Source of the DNA: an uncultured delta proteobacterium
GTDB lineage: Bacteria > Myxococcota_A > Polyangia > Haliangiales > Haliangiaceae
Assembly: GCA_963848295.1 (NCBI GenBank)
Contig: CAWKDB010000010.1
Span: forward strand, 2,048,001-2,112,000
Length of the DNA: 64,000 nucleotides
Direction: 5' to 3'
The notes under the pieces are model-generated. The model was not told the DNA's origin. It saw only the letters and a program-made list of their open reading frames with translations, and did no database searches. Shown here piece by piece: positions 15,185 to 26,895 of the stretch. The stretch's first letter is position 1. The number at the start of each line of letters is the position of its first letter. A program made the position numbers and the translations under genes.

Positions 15185-15628
15185 TTACTTCTTGATCGCG
15201 ATCTTCCGGGGCTTGGCTTCGGCGCGCTTGCCGATCGTCAGCGTGAGCACGCCGTTCTTGAGCTCGGCATCGATCCGATCGCCGTCGGCGACCTCGGGGA
15301 GCGCGAAGCTGCGCGAGAACGAGCCGAACTGACGCTCGTAGAGCGCATACGACTCGCCCTCTTTGCGTTCCTCGGCCTGGCGGCTACCGGAAACGGTCAT
15401 GACCCCATTATGAACCGCGATGTCGAGGTCCTTTTCCTCGACCCCGGGCAGATCCGCCTTGAGCACGAACGCCTCGATCGTCTCTTTGACTTCGAACGTC
15501 GGCGAGAAAGCGGATGCGGGGGTAGCGCCGAACAGCGGGTCCCACGCGAACAGATTGCGAGCAAACGCAAACGGGTCGCGCGTGACGACGCGCGGGGCAT
15601 TGTTATTGGTGCGAAGAGCGAGCGCCAT
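15185..15628 (-). CDS. Hsp20/alpha-crystallin small heat-shock protein
   Basis: ADLPGV, ERQFGSFSRSFALP, ELKNGVLTL; AGGAGG RBS. Confidence 0.95.
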   Translation of the reverse strand: MALALRTNNNAPRVVTRDPFAFARNLFAWDPLFGATPASAFSPTFEVKETIEAFVLKADLPGVEEKDLDIAVHNGVMTVSGSRQAEERKEGESYALYERQFGSFSRSFALPEVADGDRIDAELKNGVLTLTIGKRAEAKPRKIAIKK

Positions 15629-15723
15629 CTGAATCCCTCCTGTGTGGGGAAGAAATTGGTTGTGTGTTCGTTGTAATCACCGTCGCCTTGAAGGCAACGG
15701 CTTGACGACCGCATGCGCGGTGC

Positions 15724-16614
15724 TTAGGCGGCCAGGCTCGCGCGGACGTAACAGCGCGGCTTGCCGTCGTCACCCGCGATATGGCCCGCTGCACCGAGCG
15801 ACCCGCCCGCTTCGTAGAGCCGCAGGTGGACGCGGACGCGATCGCCCGCAAAGCTCGGCTTGCGATAGGCGATATCGATCGCCTTCGTCTTCACTTTGAG
15901 CGAGTGCCCACCGGACGCGAGTCGGCGATTGACCGCTTCGAGAAACAGCCGGATGTAGACGAGCGAGTTGACATGCTGATTCGAGTCGGTCTGATCGAGC
16001 GTGAAGCACTGCTCGGCGGGATCGGCGGTCAGCTCGTCGAGCCAGCGCGCGCCATCGGGTGCGTCTTGCGCGGTCGCCGGCGCGGGGGCGCGATAGCGAG
16101 CATCGGGGATAGCTGGATAGCCCTCCACGTCGAGCCTCACGACACGGCGCTGGTCGGGCGGCGCGAGCAACCGGGTGAACGTGTGCTCGGCAAACAGCGA
16201 CCCGGCAGGAACCAGCTCGCCGTCGCCGCGCTTACCGATCCGGCCGCCGACCCCGCGAAGCTCGCACCACACGTTCATGAACAAGCGCGATATCGCGTCG
16301 CCCTCGCGGTCGTGCGCGAGCTGAAAGCCAGCCGAGATCTCGACTTCGCGGTCGATGCGAATCGGCTGATCGTGCGCGACCATCGTCATCCGCGTGAGGA
16401 TCGGGAGGACGCCTTGCTTGATCGCGTTGCGCGCGCCCGGGTGATCGACGAGCACGGTGTGCCACAGGCCGCCGAGCGCGGGCGGAATCGCGATCGGAAT
16501 CAGCCGCGCATCTTGAGTGATGTCCTCGTAGCGCAGATAGAGCTTCTCGGTATTGGACTGCGTGGCTTCGATCGCGGGCATCGGCGGCGAGGGGAACGAC
16601 ATCTCGCGCAGCAT
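15724..16614 (-). CDS. Acyl-ACP thioesterase-like double hotdog-fold protein
   Basis: DSNQHVNSLVY motif; start at 16614 or 16602. Confidence 0.7.
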   Translation of the reverse strand: MLREMSFPSPPMPAIEATQSNTEKLYLRYEDITQDARLIPIAIPPALGGLWHTVLVDHPGARNAIKQGVLPILTRMTMVAHDQPIRIDREVEISAGFQLAHDREGDAISRLFMNVWCELRGVGGRIGKRGDGELVPAGSLFAEHTFTRLLAPPDQRRVVRLDVEGYPAIPDARYRAPAPATAQDAPDGARWLDELTADPAEQCFTLDQTDSNQHVNSLVYIRLFLEAVNRRLASGGHSLKVKTKAIDIAYRKPSFAGDRVRVHLRLYEAGGSLGAAGHIAGDDGKPRCYVRASLAA

Positions 16615-16634
16615 AGCGTAGGGTCGCGCGAGGA

Positions 16635-19169
16635 ATGCCGTTGCTGCAGCCCTTGCCGATAGACGCGGTCCTGCCCGCGCTGGTCGAGGCGGTGCGCGAA
16701 CGCGGCGTCGCGGTGCTGGTCGCGCCCCCGGGCGCCGGCAAGACGACGCGAGTCCCCGGAGCGCTGCTCGAGCTCGTCCAAGGCTCGATCGTCGTGCTCC
16801 AGCCGCGCCGGCTCGCCGCTCGACTCGCGGCGGCACGGATCGCGAGCGAGCGCGGCGTGGCCCTCGGCGGCGAGGTTGGCTATCAGGTGCGGTTCGATCG
16901 CAAGGTCGGGCCGACGACGCGGATCGAGCTCGTCACCGAAGGCGTCTTGACGCGGCGACTGCTCGGTGATCCGGACCTGCGCGGCGTCGGCTGCGTGGTG
17001 ATCGACGAGTTTCACGAGCGCCATCTCGACGGTGACCTCGCGCTCGCGTTGTTGTCGCGTCTGCGCGAACGCCGGCCCGAGCTGAAGTTGGTCGTGATGT
17101 CCGCGACGCTCGACGCCGAGCCGGTCGCCGCGTTCCTCGCGAACGCGCCGGTGGTCCGCTCCGAAGGCCGGACGTTCCCGCTCACGATCGAGTACGCGGC
17201 TCGACCCGACGACCGTCTCCTCGGCAAGCAAGTCTCGGCCGCGGTGCGCAAGCTCGCGCAGGCCGGGCTCGATGGTGACGTGCTCGTGTTCCTCCCGGGT
17301 GCCGGCGAGATCCGGCGATGCACCGAGGACCTCGCGGATGCGGCGGCGCTGTTCGATCTCGCGATCGTACCGCTTCACGGCGACCTGCCGAGCGACGAGC
17401 AAGACGCCGCGGTCCGCCCGAGCGCGCGACGCAAGGTGATCCTCGCGACCAACGTCGCCGAGACCTCGGTGACGATCGACGGCGTCACGTGTGTGATCGA
17501 CAGCGGGCTCGCGCGGATCGCGAGGCACTCGCCGTGGTCGGGCATCGCGAGCCTCGAGATCGAGCCGGTCAGCCGCGCGAGCTGTACCCAGCGCGCCGGT
17601 CGGGCGGGTCGGACCCGGCCTGGCCGGGTCGTGCGGCTGTACACGCAACACGACTTCGAGACCCGGCGGGCGTTCGAGCCACCGGAGATCGCGCGCGCCG
17701 ACCTCGCCGGCGCCGCACTCGAGCTGCACGGCGCGGGGCTCGCGGGCCTCGGCGCGTTGCGCTGGTACGAGCCGCCGCCCGAGATCGCCGCGACCGCGGC
17801 GGAGGACGTGCTCGCGCGACTCGGCGCGGTCGGCAACGGCGCGATCACCGAGCTCGGCCGCCGCATGCTGCGGTTCCCGGTGCACCCGCGCCTCGCGCGT
17901 CTCGTGTGCGAAGCGGAGGGTCGCGGGGTCGCGCGAGAGGCGTGCCTGATCGCGGCGCTCGTCGGCGCGCGCGAGCTGCGCCTCGAACGACGCGGCCGAT
18001 CCGCCGAAGCGAAGCTGACGTCGCCGTCGGACTTGATCGACGACCTCGACGCGATGCTGGACGCGCGCCACGGCGGGTTGCGCGCCGATCGGCTGCGCCG
18101 CGACGGTCTCGACGTCGGCACGGCGTTCGCGGTCGACCGTGCGGCACGCCAGCTGGAACGACTCGTGGACCTTCGAGTCCGCGCCCCGGCGAGCGATGCG
18201 GACCTCGATCGCGAGCTCCAGATCGCGATCCTCGCGGGCTTTCCCGATCGCGTCGGCAAGCGGCGCAGCGCGCGCAGCGCCGAGATCGTGCTCGCGGGCG
18301 GAGGCAGCGCGACCCTGGCACCGAGCTCCGCCGTGATCGACGCCGAGCTGCTCGTCGCGGTCGACGTCGCCGAAACCGGTGCGCGCGGCCAGGCAACGAA
18401 GGTCCAGATTCGCCGAGCCAGCGCGATCGAGCCGGCGTGGTTGCTCGATCTCTACCTCGATCGGATCACGGAGGTCGACGAGCTGGTGTGGAACGCCGCG
18501 AAGGAGCGCATCGAGCGCGTGACCCAGCTGTCCTACGACGGCCTGGCGATCGACGAGCAGCGCGATGTCGACGGCGCGCGCCGCGCAGGGCCGGCAGCGG
18601 GCCAGCTCCTCGCGAAGCAGGCGATCGCCGCCGGCATCGAGCGGTTCGTCGACAAGGACGCGCTCACCGAGTGGCGCGCTCGCGTCGGTCTTGCCGCGAA
18701 GCTGGCGCCCGATGCGGGCCTCGTCGCGCCGACCGACGACGCACTCGCCGGCGTGATCGGCCGCGCGTGCGAAGGAGCGACCTCGTTCGCCGAGCTGCGC
18801 CAGCTCGGTGTGCTCGCGCTGCTCGACGCGCAGCTCGGTGCGAATCGCGCGCTCGTCGATCGGCTCGCGCCGGCCCACCTCGATCTGCCGCGCCGCCGTC
18901 GCGTCGCGATCCACTACGAGCTGGATCAACCACCGTGGATCGCCTCGCGGATGCAGGACTTCTTCGGCCTCGCGCGGGCGCCATCGGTCGGCGACGGCCG
19001 CGTCCCGCTCGTCATCCACTTGCTCGCGCCGAACCAGCGCCCGGTCCAAGTGACCAGCGACCTGCCCGGCTTCTGGGTCCGGCACTATCCCGCCCTGCGC
19101 AAGCAGCTGATGCGGCGCTATCCGAAGCACGCATGGCCCGAAGACCCGACCCAGCTCGTGCGCGAGTAG
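16635..19169 (+). CDS. hrpB: ATP-dependent RNA helicase HrpB
   Basis: [24 protein letters not shown]-terminal [16 protein letters not shown]...YPKHAWP. Confidence 0.95.
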   Translation: MPLLQPLPIDAVLPALVEAVRERGVAVLVAPPGAGKTTRVPGALLELVQGSIVVLQPRRLAARLAAARIASERGVALGGEVGYQVRFDRKVGPTTRIELVTEGVLTRRLLGDPDLRGVGCVVIDEFHERHLDGDLALALLSRLRERRPELKLVVMSATLDAEPVAAFLANAPVVRSEGRTFPLTIEYAARPDDRLLGKQVSAAVRKLAQAGLDGDVLVFLPGAGEIRRCTEDLADAAALFDLAIVPLHGDLPSDEQDAAVRPSARRKVILATNVAETSVTIDGVTCVIDSGLARIARHSPWSGIASLEIEPVSRASCTQRAGRAGRTRPGRVVRLYTQHDFETRRAFEPPEIARADLAGAALELHGAGLAGLGALRWYEPPPEIAATAAEDVLARLGAVGNGAITELGRRMLRFPVHPRLARLVCEAEGRGVAREACLIAALVGARELRLERRGRSAEAKLTSPSDLIDDLDAMLDARHGGLRADRLRRDGLDVGTAFAVDRAARQLERLVDLRVRAPASDADLDRELQIAILAGFPDRVGKRRSARSAEIVLAGGGSATLAPSSAVIDAELLVAVDVAETGARGQATKVQIRRASAIEPAWLLDLYLDRITEVDELVWNAAKERIERVTQLSYDGLAIDEQRDVDGARRAGPAAGQLLAKQAIAAGIERFVDKDALTEWRARVGLAAKLAPDAGLVAPTDDALAGVIGRACEGATSFAELRQLGVLALLDAQLGANRALVDRLAPAHLDLPRRRRVAIHYELDQPPWIASRMQDFFGLARAPSVGDGRVPLVIHLLAPNQRPVQVTSDLPGFWVRHYPALRKQLMRRYPKHAWPEDPTQLVRE

Positions 19170-19172
19170 CGG

Positions 19173-21140
19173 TCACGCCTCGTCGGGCTTCTCCGCCTCC
19201 GCGTTCGGCCACAGGTGATGGTACAGCCGCAAGCTGATGATCAGCAGCGCGTACTCTTGCAGGTCACCGCCCGAATCGCGCAGCACCGAGAAGTTGAAGT
19301 CGACGAGCGCGAGCGCGTCGCTGACGAGCGCCATGAGCTGATCGATCGTCGGCGCCGGCGTCGCGGCCGAGGTATCGAACGCCCAGCTGTTGAGCTTCGC
19401 GCGCAGTGCATCGAACATCGGCTTGATCCGGACGTGCAGCGCCGCGATCCGATTCGGCCGCAACCAGCCGAGCACCATCGCACACATCGCGCGGCAGTCG
19501 CCCGCCATCGCCTCGGCGCCCATCGCGGGCTCGACCAACCCGATCATCGCGGGGACCACCGTGCGCGTCGCGGCGGTGCCTTTGAACAACAGCGCGTTCG
19601 GCGAGATGTTGTTGTGTGCCATGCCGTGCTCGTGCAGCGCCGCGACCTGGCGAATCACGATGAATCCGAGCGCGAGCGCACCATCGACGTGCAAGTCGAC
19701 CTCGCCGAGGCGCTGGCCGAACTGCGGCTCGTCGATGTACTCGCTGAACAGCAATAGCGAGCTCGAGTTCGCGTCGTAGATCACCTTGTGCAGCGACGTC
19801 AGCAGGCCTTGCCGCACGCGCTTGAGGATCGGCCAGAAGTATTGCTGCCAGTTCTCGACGAACTCCCGCGGGTCTTTGACCTTCGTCAGGTCGATCACCG
19901 TGACGAGCTTCGGGAACACGTTGCCGTCGGGGAACTGCCCCGACTGCACGAGCTCGGGCCGTGGCGTCGCGAGAAAGATCGGATGGCCACGCACCCGGCC
20001 GAGGCTGCGCTCGACGGTGTAGCCCCAGTCGAACACCGACTTCTCTGCGACGCGCACGACGTCCTCGGTGATGCTCGGGTCCGCGGCACTCGCGGCGACC
20101 GCCTCGACCGCGCGGTTCTGTTCGCCGTCGACATCGGTCGCCATCCGGCGCTTTGGCTCGCGCGGTCGCTCGTCGGGTAGCTCGCGCAGCATCGCGCGCA
20201 GCTCTTGCACGACGGCCTGCACCGAACTGAAGCGTTGGCTCGGATCGCGCTCGAGGCAGCCCTCGATGATCGGCTTCAGCACGTCGGGAAAGCCGTCGGG
20301 GTAGTGCACGCGGCTCCGACCGCCGACGACAACCCCCTCGCCGATCCGGATCAGCAGCGCCCACATATCGTCGGCCTGCCCGTACAGCAGCTGCTCGGTG
20401 AACAACCCGTGGAGCGCGCCGCCGATCGCATAGATATCTAGCGACGTGTTGATCGGCGAATCCATCAACCCCTGATCGACGGTCTCGGGCGCTACCGACC
20501 AACCGGGCGAGCCGAAGATCCGGCCCTTGTAGTAGCTGCGATAGGTCTGGTTCGCGACATCGTCGAGCGACATCGACAGATCGAAGTCGAACAGGTAGGC
20601 GACGTTCGCTCCTTGATCGACGAGGATGTTGCGCAGCGTGAAGTCGCGATGGACGAGCCGTGCCGCGTGAAACGTCGCGAGCCCCTCGAGCGCCTGAGCG
20701 AGCAGCTTCGTGCGCGCGCGAGGCGTGAGGTTGTGCTTCGGGATCGCCTCGAGCAGCGTCAGGCCCATCCGCGGCGTGACGAACAGGTAGTTGTCAGAGA
20801 TCGGCGCCGATATGTAGGTCGGCAGAATGTTCGGGTGCTCGATCGCTGCGATCCGCGCCATCGCCGCGAGGTTGTTGTGATGATCGCGCCGGGTCACCTC
20901 GTCGGTGCGCAGTTGGTACAGGTAGTTCGAGTGGAACACCTTGCCGACGACGGCCTCGACCACGCCGGTCTCGTCATCGCGACGCTCGAGCTCGTAGACC
21001 GTGCCCATGCCGCCATTCGACAGGTGCGCGCCGAGCGTGCGGTACAGGTGATGGTTGTAGCGAAAGACCGGGCCTTCGCGCGCGAGGTCCTCGGATCGCA
21101 ACGTTCCGATCGCAGTCGTTTCGGACCAGGAATCGGTCAT
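19173..21140 (-). CDS. Protein kinase-like protein with a degenerate second kinase-like domain
   Basis: GGMGTVY, VVGK, HRDFTLRN, DFD, APE; C-terminal GMAHNNISPNALLF. Confidence 0.85.
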   Translation of the reverse strand: MTDSWSETTAIGTLRSEDLAREGPVFRYNHHLYRTLGAHLSNGGMGTVYELERRDDETGVVEAVVGKVFHSNYLYQLRTDEVTRRDHHNNLAAMARIAAIEHPNILPTYISAPISDNYLFVTPRMGLTLLEAIPKHNLTPRARTKLLAQALEGLATFHAARLVHRDFTLRNILVDQGANVAYLFDFDLSMSLDDVANQTYRSYYKGRIFGSPGWSVAPETVDQGLMDSPINTSLDIYAIGGALHGLFTEQLLYGQADDMWALLIRIGEGVVVGGRSRVHYPDGFPDVLKPIIEGCLERDPSQRFSSVQAVVQELRAMLRELPDERPREPKRRMATDVDGEQNRAVEAVAASAADPSITEDVVRVAEKSVFDWGYTVERSLGRVRGHPIFLATPRPELVQSGQFPDGNVFPKLVTVIDLTKVKDPREFVENWQQYFWPILKRVRQGLLTSLHKVIYDANSSSLLLFSEYIDEPQFGQRLGEVDLHVDGALALGFIVIRQVAALHEHGMAHNNISPNALLFKGTAATRTVVPAMIGLVEPAMGAEAMAGDCRAMCAMVLGWLRPNRIAALHVRIKPMFDALRAKLNSWAFDTSAATPAPTIDQLMALVSDALALVDFNFSVLRDSGGDLQEYALLIISLRLYHHLWPNAEAEKPDEA

Positions 21141-21301
21141 TCGTCGAGCGCGATCGAATGTACGCCCGGGCGGTGGTGCGGGGCAACCTTCCCGTCGGGT
21201 TAACCGGCTGATTTCCCTGAGGTCGGGAGGGCCGTCTATCGGGGCGGTGTGTTGTCGCACGGCGTCCGACAGCGGCGCAGACGTGGTAACCACGCTCGTC
21301 G

Positions 21302-22246
21302 ATGATCGAGCACCGCCTCGCGAAGGCAGCGGCCGGCGCCGCGTTCATGCTGCTGATCATCGGCGGCTTGGTCAACGCGACCGGCTCGAGCCTCGCGTGC
21401 AACGACTCGTTCATCACGTGCAACCATCACGAGATCTTGCCGCCGATGGTCGGCGGCGTGCTGTACGAGCACGGTCACCGGTTGTTCGCGATGACGGTCG
21501 GCGTGCTCCAGTTGGGCCTCACGATCGCGATCTTCATGCGCCGGCGCGAGCTGCGCTGGCTCGGCGTCGTGCTGCCCACCATGATCATCGCACAAGCGCT
21601 GTTCGGCGCGCTGACCGTGCACTTCAAGCTCGTATGGTGGGTGTCGACCGGTCACCTGCTGCTCGGCTTCAGCTACTTCGCGATGCTGGTCTACACCGTG
21701 TTCCGCACGCGTCCGGCACAGACCGCGTTCGAGATCACGCGCCACGACGCACAACGCGCGGAGCTCGGCTCGACGCGGACCTGGATCGGCGCGGCGTGCG
21801 TGATGGTGTTCGTGCAGATCCTGCTCGGCGGGCTCGTTCGCCATCTCGGCGCGGCGCTCGTGTGCATCGGCATGCCGAAGTGCATGGACAACGGGCCGAT
21901 GATCCCCGACGCCGCGATCCAACAACTGCACATGCTGCATCGCGCGTTCGGCTGTGTCGTCGCGGTCGTGACCACGATCGCGGCGATCAAGGTGTTTCGA
22001 CGCGCGAAGTCGTGGCCGCACTTGCGCGGGCTCGTCGCGTTCGCGCCGGTGCTCGTCGCCGGTCAGGTCACGCTCGGCGTGTTCACCGTGCTGACCCATC
22101 GCGCGGTCCCGCTCGCGGTCGCGCACTTCGCCGGCGGCGCGAGCCTGTGGGCGGTGTGGATGTACGCGTGGCTGATGACGGGCGGCCCGAAGCCGGAGCA
22201 CGACGATAGCGCGATCGCGACCGCGGTCCCTGGAGCGTCGTCATGA
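21302..22246 (+). CDS. ctaA: Heme A synthase (COX15/CtaA)
   Basis: GSSLAC, EHGHR, HMLHR and VAHF motifs; multi-TM. Confidence 0.9.
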   Translation: MIEHRLAKAAAGAAFMLLIIGGLVNATGSSLACNDSFITCNHHEILPPMVGGVLYEHGHRLFAMTVGVLQLGLTIAIFMRRRELRWLGVVLPTMIIAQALFGALTVHFKLVWWVSTGHLLLGFSYFAMLVYTVFRTRPAQTAFEITRHDAQRAELGSTRTWIGAACVMVFVQILLGGLVRHLGAALVCIGMPKCMDNGPMIPDAAIQQLHMLHRAFGCVVAVVTTIAAIKVFRRAKSWPHLRGLVAFAPVLVAGQVTLGVFTVLTHRAVPLAVAHFAGGASLWAVWMYAWLMTGGPKPEHDDSAIATAVPGASS

Positions 22247-23103
22247 CCGCGACCGTGTTGCGCGCGAAGTCGATCGATCTCGTCGCGCTGACGAAGCCGC
22301 GGATCATGGTGATGGCGTTGCTGACCGCGGCCGGTGCGATGAGCCTCGCCCCGATCGGCATCGCTGCAGGCCACGCGATCGCGCTGCTGCTCGGCACGGC
22401 GCTGATCGTCGGGAGCGCGAACACGCTCAACATGTGGCTCGAGCGCGACGTCGACTGCTTGATGTCGCGCACGAAGGATCGTCCGCTGCCCGGACATCGC
22501 CTGCAGCCGAACACCGCGCTCGTGTTCGGTGCGGTGCAAGGCGCGCTCGCGCTGCCGGTGCTGCTCATCACCGGCATCGTTCCCGCCGCGCTCGGCCTCG
22601 TCGCGCTGTTGATGTACGTCGGCGTCTACACGCCGATGAAGCAACGCACGCATTGGGCCACGTGGATCGGTGCGGTGCCGGGTGCGATGCCGGCGCTGAT
22701 GGGCTGGACCGCGGCGACCGGCCGGATCGACCTGGCCGGCCTCAGCGTGTTCGCGGTGCTGTTCTTCTGGCAAATCCCGCACACTCATGCGATCGCGATG
22801 TACCGCCAGCGCGAGTACGACGCGGCCGGCATGAAGACGCTGCCGAGCATGCACGGCGTCGCCGCGACCCGGCTCGCGATCGTCGCGTTCCTCGTCGTCC
22901 AGGTCGCGATCAGCTTCGGACCGACGCTGCTCGGCGTCACCGGTCTGCCGTACTTCATCACCGCCGCGGTGCTCGGCGCCTGGGTGCTCGCACAAGGGAT
23001 CGCCGGCGACGGCTCGACCAAGTGGGCGCGCTCGGTGTTCCTCGCGTCGATCGTCTACCTACCGATCTTGTTCGCCGTCATGGTGTTCGACGGGCGCGCA
23101 TGA
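22243..23103 (+). CDS. ctaB: Protoheme IX farnesyltransferase
   Basis: [38 protein letters not shown]. Confidence 0.95.
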   Translation: MTATVLRAKSIDLVALTKPRIMVMALLTAAGAMSLAPIGIAAGHAIALLLGTALIVGSANTLNMWLERDVDCLMSRTKDRPLPGHRLQPNTALVFGAVQGALALPVLLITGIVPAALGLVALLMYVGVYTPMKQRTHWATWIGAVPGAMPALMGWTAATGRIDLAGLSVFAVLFFWQIPHTHAIAMYRQREYDAAGMKTLPSMHGVAATRLAIVAFLVVQVAISFGPTLLGVTGLPYFITAAVLGAWVLAQGIAGDGSTKWARSVFLASIVYLPILFAVMVFDGRA

Positions 23104-23546
23104 CCTGGTCGTCGGCGCAGATTCACCCGGCGATCAACGCGGCGCTGAACCTGACGTGCTTCGTGTTCCTCGTGCTCGGCCGCGTCGCGATCGCGAGCGG
23201 CAACGTCGCGTTGCATCGCAAGCGCATGCTGACCGCGTTCGCGGCGGCGACGGTATTCCTGGTGTCGTACGTGATCCGCTTCGCCACGACCGGGGCTCAC
23301 AAGTATCCGGGTACCGGTTGGGATCGCGATTTCTACCTGACGCTGTTGCTCAGCCACATGGCGCTCGCGCTCGTCCTCGTGCCGATCGTGATCGTGACGC
23401 TGCGCCGTGCGCTCCGCGCCGACTACGCCGCCCACCGGCGCATCGTCAAGTATACGTGGCCGATCTGGATGTATGTCTCGGTCACGGGCGTGATCGTGTA
23501 CTTGATGCTGTATCAGCTCGCGCCGGCGTTGCACCCGCCCGCGTGA
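23100..23546 (+). CDS. DUF420 family membrane protein (CtaM-like)
   Basis: [29 protein letters not shown]. Confidence 0.9.
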   Translation: MTWSSAQIHPAINAALNLTCFVFLVLGRVAIASGNVALHRKRMLTAFAAATVFLVSYVIRFATTGAHKYPGTGWDRDFYLTLLLSHMALALVLVPIVIVTLRRALRADYAAHRRIVKYTWPIWMYVSVTGVIVYLMLYQLAPALHPPA

Positions 23547-23610
23547 GCTCGGCGCTCGCGTTGCGCGGATTCGCCGAATAGTCCGCGACGCTGGGCGTTA
23601 CACTCGAGCC

Positions 23611-23892
23611 GTGGTCGCGCTGATCGTCCTCGTCCTGATCGTGCCGATGGGCATGATCTGTGCCGGGATCTTCCTGGTCGCGTCGGCGTTCCGCGCGCCG
23701 AGCAGTCCGCCGCGACACGCCGTTCCGGTGCCACCTGCGCAGATCGCCACCGGCGGTCGGAGTCCGCTGCGTGCGCGGTCGCCCCGTCATCCGATCGTGG
23801 GTGTGCTGTTCGTGGTCGGCGGCACGGTCCTGCTGTCGGCCGGCGTCAGCGCGTACCGAGCGCTGTACGAGCTGGCTCAGTGGTTTCGCTGA
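23611..23892 (+). CDS. Small two-TM hypothetical protein
   Basis: 93 aa ORF with two hydrophobic segments filling the intergenic gap. Confidence 0.45.
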   Translation: MVALIVLVLIVPMGMICAGIFLVASAFRAPSSPPRHAVPVPPAQIATGGRSPLRARSPRHPIVGVLFVVGGTVLLSAGVSAYRALYELAQWFR

Positions 23893-24788
23893 GCCGCGGC
23901 GCGCTCGTAGGCGACGCCCCAACGAATCCCGCGATCGCACGTGATCAGCACCGGCGCCGCGATCCGCTCGACGAGCCGCGCGTAGATCGCGACGCCCGCG
24001 GCGATCACGTCGGCGCGTTGCGGCTCGATGCCCGCGACCTGCTTGCGCTCGGCGACGGTCAGCGCGGCGAGCCGGCGAGACAACGCCGCGACGTCGTCGG
24101 GCGCGAGTCGCAGGCCGGTCACCGCATCCGGATCGTACGTCGCGAGCGCCAAGTGCACCGCCGCCATCGTCGTCGCGGTTCCCGCGGTCGCCACGATCGG
24201 CACGCCGGTCGGGAGGTCGAGCGGTGCGAGCGCCTTGTCGATGTCGGCGTCGAGCGCGGCGAGCTCGGCTGCGGTCGGTGGGTCCGACTTCAAGTGGCGC
24301 TCGGTCAACCGCACGGCGCCGATCGGCACGCTGACCGCGGACACGACGCGCGCGCCATCGGTCGCGATCAGCTCGGTCGAGCCGCCGCCGACGTCGACGA
24401 CGACGTAGCGTTGGCCGGCCAGCTCGGTCAGAGAGCGCGCGACCGACGTGAACGCGAGCTCGGCTTCGCGTGCGCCGGCGATGATCTCGATCGACGCGCC
24501 GAGGATCTGCTGCGCCGGCTCGACAAACGCGCGGGCGTTCTTCGCTTCGCGCAGCGCCTGCGTCGCGATCACCGCGGGCGCGGTCACGCCGTGACCGTCC
24601 AGCACGCGGCGATACTCGCGACAGATCTCGAGGCTGCGCTCGATCGCATCGGCCGCGAGGTTGCCGCTCGCGTCGAGTCCCTTGCCGAGCCGGCCGAACC
24701 GGCACAGATCGACGAGGCGCTTGCCCTCGTCGTCGACGATCAGCAGCAGCAGCGTGTTCGTGCCGATATCGATGACCGCGATGCTCAC
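23877..24788 (-). CDS. Ppx/GppA family phosphatase (short form)
   Basis: [33 protein letters not shown]. Confidence 0.92.
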   Translation of the reverse strand: MSIAVIDIGTNTLLLLIVDDEGKRLVDLCRFGRLGKGLDASGNLAADAIERSLEICREYRRVLDGHGVTAPAVIATQALREAKNARAFVEPAQQILGASIEIIAGAREAELAFTSVARSLTELAGQRYVVVDVGGGSTELIATDGARVVSAVSVPIGAVRLTERHLKSDPPTAAELAALDADIDKALAPLDLPTGVPIVATAGTATTMAAVHLALATYDPDAVTGLRLAPDDVAALSRRLAALTVAERKQVAGIEPQRADVIAAGVAIYARLVERIAAPVLITCDRGIRWGVAYERAAAQRNH

Positions 24789-24809
24789 GCGGTGACTATA
24801 CGGTCAGGG

Positions 24810-25574
24810 CTACTGGTGCTGCTCGAACCACGTGCACTGATTCTCGACGCAGCCGCAGAACGTGGGCTGCGACTTCATCTCGTAGTCCATCACCTCGCCG
24901 CCGCCGAGGAGGTACCACGCCTCGCACACCTGGTGACCGACGCAATCACCGTCGGCGTGGCAAGCGCCGGCGGCGCGGCCGACCGGCAGGCGCGGTTTGT
25001 TCGGATCGTAGACGTCGTGGCGCGAGTAGTGACCCGTCGGCCCGCACCCCGCGGGGTTCTTGCACGCCGGACCGCGTGTCTCTTCGAAATGAATGTCGAT
25101 GCTGACCGCAGTGTCGTCGTCGCCCGCGGCCGCCGCGATCGCCGCGAACGACTGCGCCACGTCCTCGAGCGAGCGCTGACACACCCACTGCGAGAGCTTG
25201 AAGCAACCGTTGCGGCCGACGCCCGCGCAGCGATACGTCGAATTCACGCCGGCATCGCCCGTCGATAGGCCGCCGGTCGAGAACATCTGGTGCTCGAGCT
25301 CGGTCCACAGCGTGCGCGCCGCGCCGGCCGACAAGCTGTGGCCGCCGCGATGCAAGTGCACGCCGTCCGCGGCGGGGGTCACGCGGAAGCCGGCGACGGT
25401 CGCCGGCAGGTCGCGCAGCAGCTCGCCCCTCGCGGCGCGATCGACGCAGGCCATGTCGACGGTGCGCGGCGACGCGACCGGCATCGGCGGGGGCGGCGTG
25501 TGTGCGCGCCGGGTCGAGGTACCGCAGCCGGCGAGGGCGGCGAGCAAGGCGATTCGTGCGAGATGCGCAGTCAT
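24810..25574 (-). CDS. Hypothetical Cys-rich lipoprotein
   Basis: LAALAGC lipobox; many Cys residues. Confidence 0.7.
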   Translation of the reverse strand: MTAHLARIALLAALAGCGTSTRRAHTPPPPMPVASPRTVDMACVDRAARGELLRDLPATVAGFRVTPAADGVHLHRGGHSLSAGAARTLWTELEHQMFSTGGLSTGDAGVNSTYRCAGVGRNGCFKLSQWVCQRSLEDVAQSFAAIAAAAGDDDTAVSIDIHFEETRGPACKNPAGCGPTGHYSRHDVYDPNKPRLPVGRAAGACHADGDCVGHQVCEAWYLLGGGEVMDYEMKSQPTFCGCVENQCTWFEQHQ

Positions 25575-25700
25575 ATCCGCATTCCACGCGCGAGCGCGCC
25601 GGTCGATCCGCGACCTTAGCCAATAGAATCGGACATGCGCGCGCCGCACCGTGCCGCTGGCGCGTGGCGGCGAAGCCGAGCCGGCGGGCTTCGCGCGGAG

Positions 25701-26846
25701 CTACAAGCCCAATTGCTTCGCGACGATCACCTTCATGATCTCGTTCGTGCCGGCATAGATCCGTTGCACGCGGGCATCCATGAACGCGCGCGTGACCGGG
25801 TACTCGAGCATGTAGCCGTAGCCACCGAAGAACTGCAGGCAGGTGTCGACGACCTCTTGGCCCATGTCGGTCGACCAGAACTTCGCGATCGAGCACTCCT
25901 TGACGAGCTGCTGACCCGCGACGTGGCCGGCGACGACCTTGTCGATGTAGGCACGACCGACCTCGACCTTCGCGAGGCACTCGACAAGCTTGAACTGCGT
26001 GTTCTGAAACTTGCTGATCGGCTTGCCGAACGCCTTGCGCTCTTTCGTGTACGCGATCGTGTCGGCGAGCACTTGCTCCGCGCCGGCGACCGCGCCAATC
26101 GCGACGCACAGCCGCTCTTGTTGCAGCTTCTGCATCATCATCATGAAGCCCGCGCCCTCCGCGCCGAGCACGTTGCCCACCGGCACGCGGCAGTCCTCGA
26201 AGAACAGCTCGCTCGTGTCCTGCGATGGCATGCCCATCTTGTGGAGGCGCTTGCCCTTCACGAAGCCCTTGCGATTGGCCTCGACGACGATCAGCGAGAT
26301 GCCCTTGTGCGCGTTCGCCGGATCCGGATCGGTCTTCGCCGCGACCACGACGAGGTCGCACAGCTGGCCGTTCGAGATGAACGTCTTCGAGCCGTTGATC
26401 ACGTAGTCGTTGGCGGTCTTGACCGCGGTCGTCGCGATCGCGGCGAGGTCGGACCCGGTGCCCGGCTCGGTCATCGCGAGCGCGGTGACGAGCTCGCCCG
26501 ACACGCAGCCCGGCAGCCACCGCTGCTTCTGATCTTCGGTGCCGAACGAGTGGATGTACGGGACGATGATGTCGGAGTGGAGCGACATCGCGAACCCGCT
26601 CTCGTAGGCGTTCGCGAGCTCCTCGATCACGACCATCGAGTGAATGAAGTCGCCGCCGCCGCCGCCGTACTTGTCATCGAGCCACGGGCACAGAAAGCCT
26701 TGCGCGCCGGCCTTGCGCCACAGCTCGCGATCGACCTGGCCGGCCTCGCGCCAGCGCGCTTGATGCGGCGTGATCTCGCGCTCGACGAACTGGCGAAACG
26801 CCTTGCGGAAAGCGTCGTGCTCTTCGGTGAACAGCGTGCGGTCCAT
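25701..26846 (-). CDS. Acyl-CoA dehydrogenase
   Basis: AMTEPGTGSD, NGSKTFISNG, QFFGGYGY, IYAGTNEIMK. Confidence 0.95.
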   Translation of the reverse strand: MDRTLFTEEHDAFRKAFRQFVEREITPHQARWREAGQVDRELWRKAGAQGFLCPWLDDKYGGGGGDFIHSMVVIEELANAYESGFAMSLHSDIIVPYIHSFGTEDQKQRWLPGCVSGELVTALAMTEPGTGSDLAAIATTAVKTANDYVINGSKTFISNGQLCDLVVVAAKTDPDPANAHKGISLIVVEANRKGFVKGKRLHKMGMPSQDTSELFFEDCRVPVGNVLGAEGAGFMMMMQKLQQERLCVAIGAVAGAEQVLADTIAYTKERKAFGKPISKFQNTQFKLVECLAKVEVGRAYIDKVVAGHVAGQQLVKECSIAKFWSTDMGQEVVDTCLQFFGGYGYMLEYPVTRAFMDARVQRIYAGTNEIMKVIVAKQLGL

Positions 26847-26895
26847 GCCCGGTCTGTACCACGGCCCGTGGCACCGGCGTGGTATCTCAACCGGC

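Noticed and set aside
15629..15712. CIRCE/HAIR/ROSE element upstream of hsp20
   Set aside because: A hairpin is present (ccgttgcct/aggcgacgg) but there is no recognisable consensus; it may simply terminate the upstream gene
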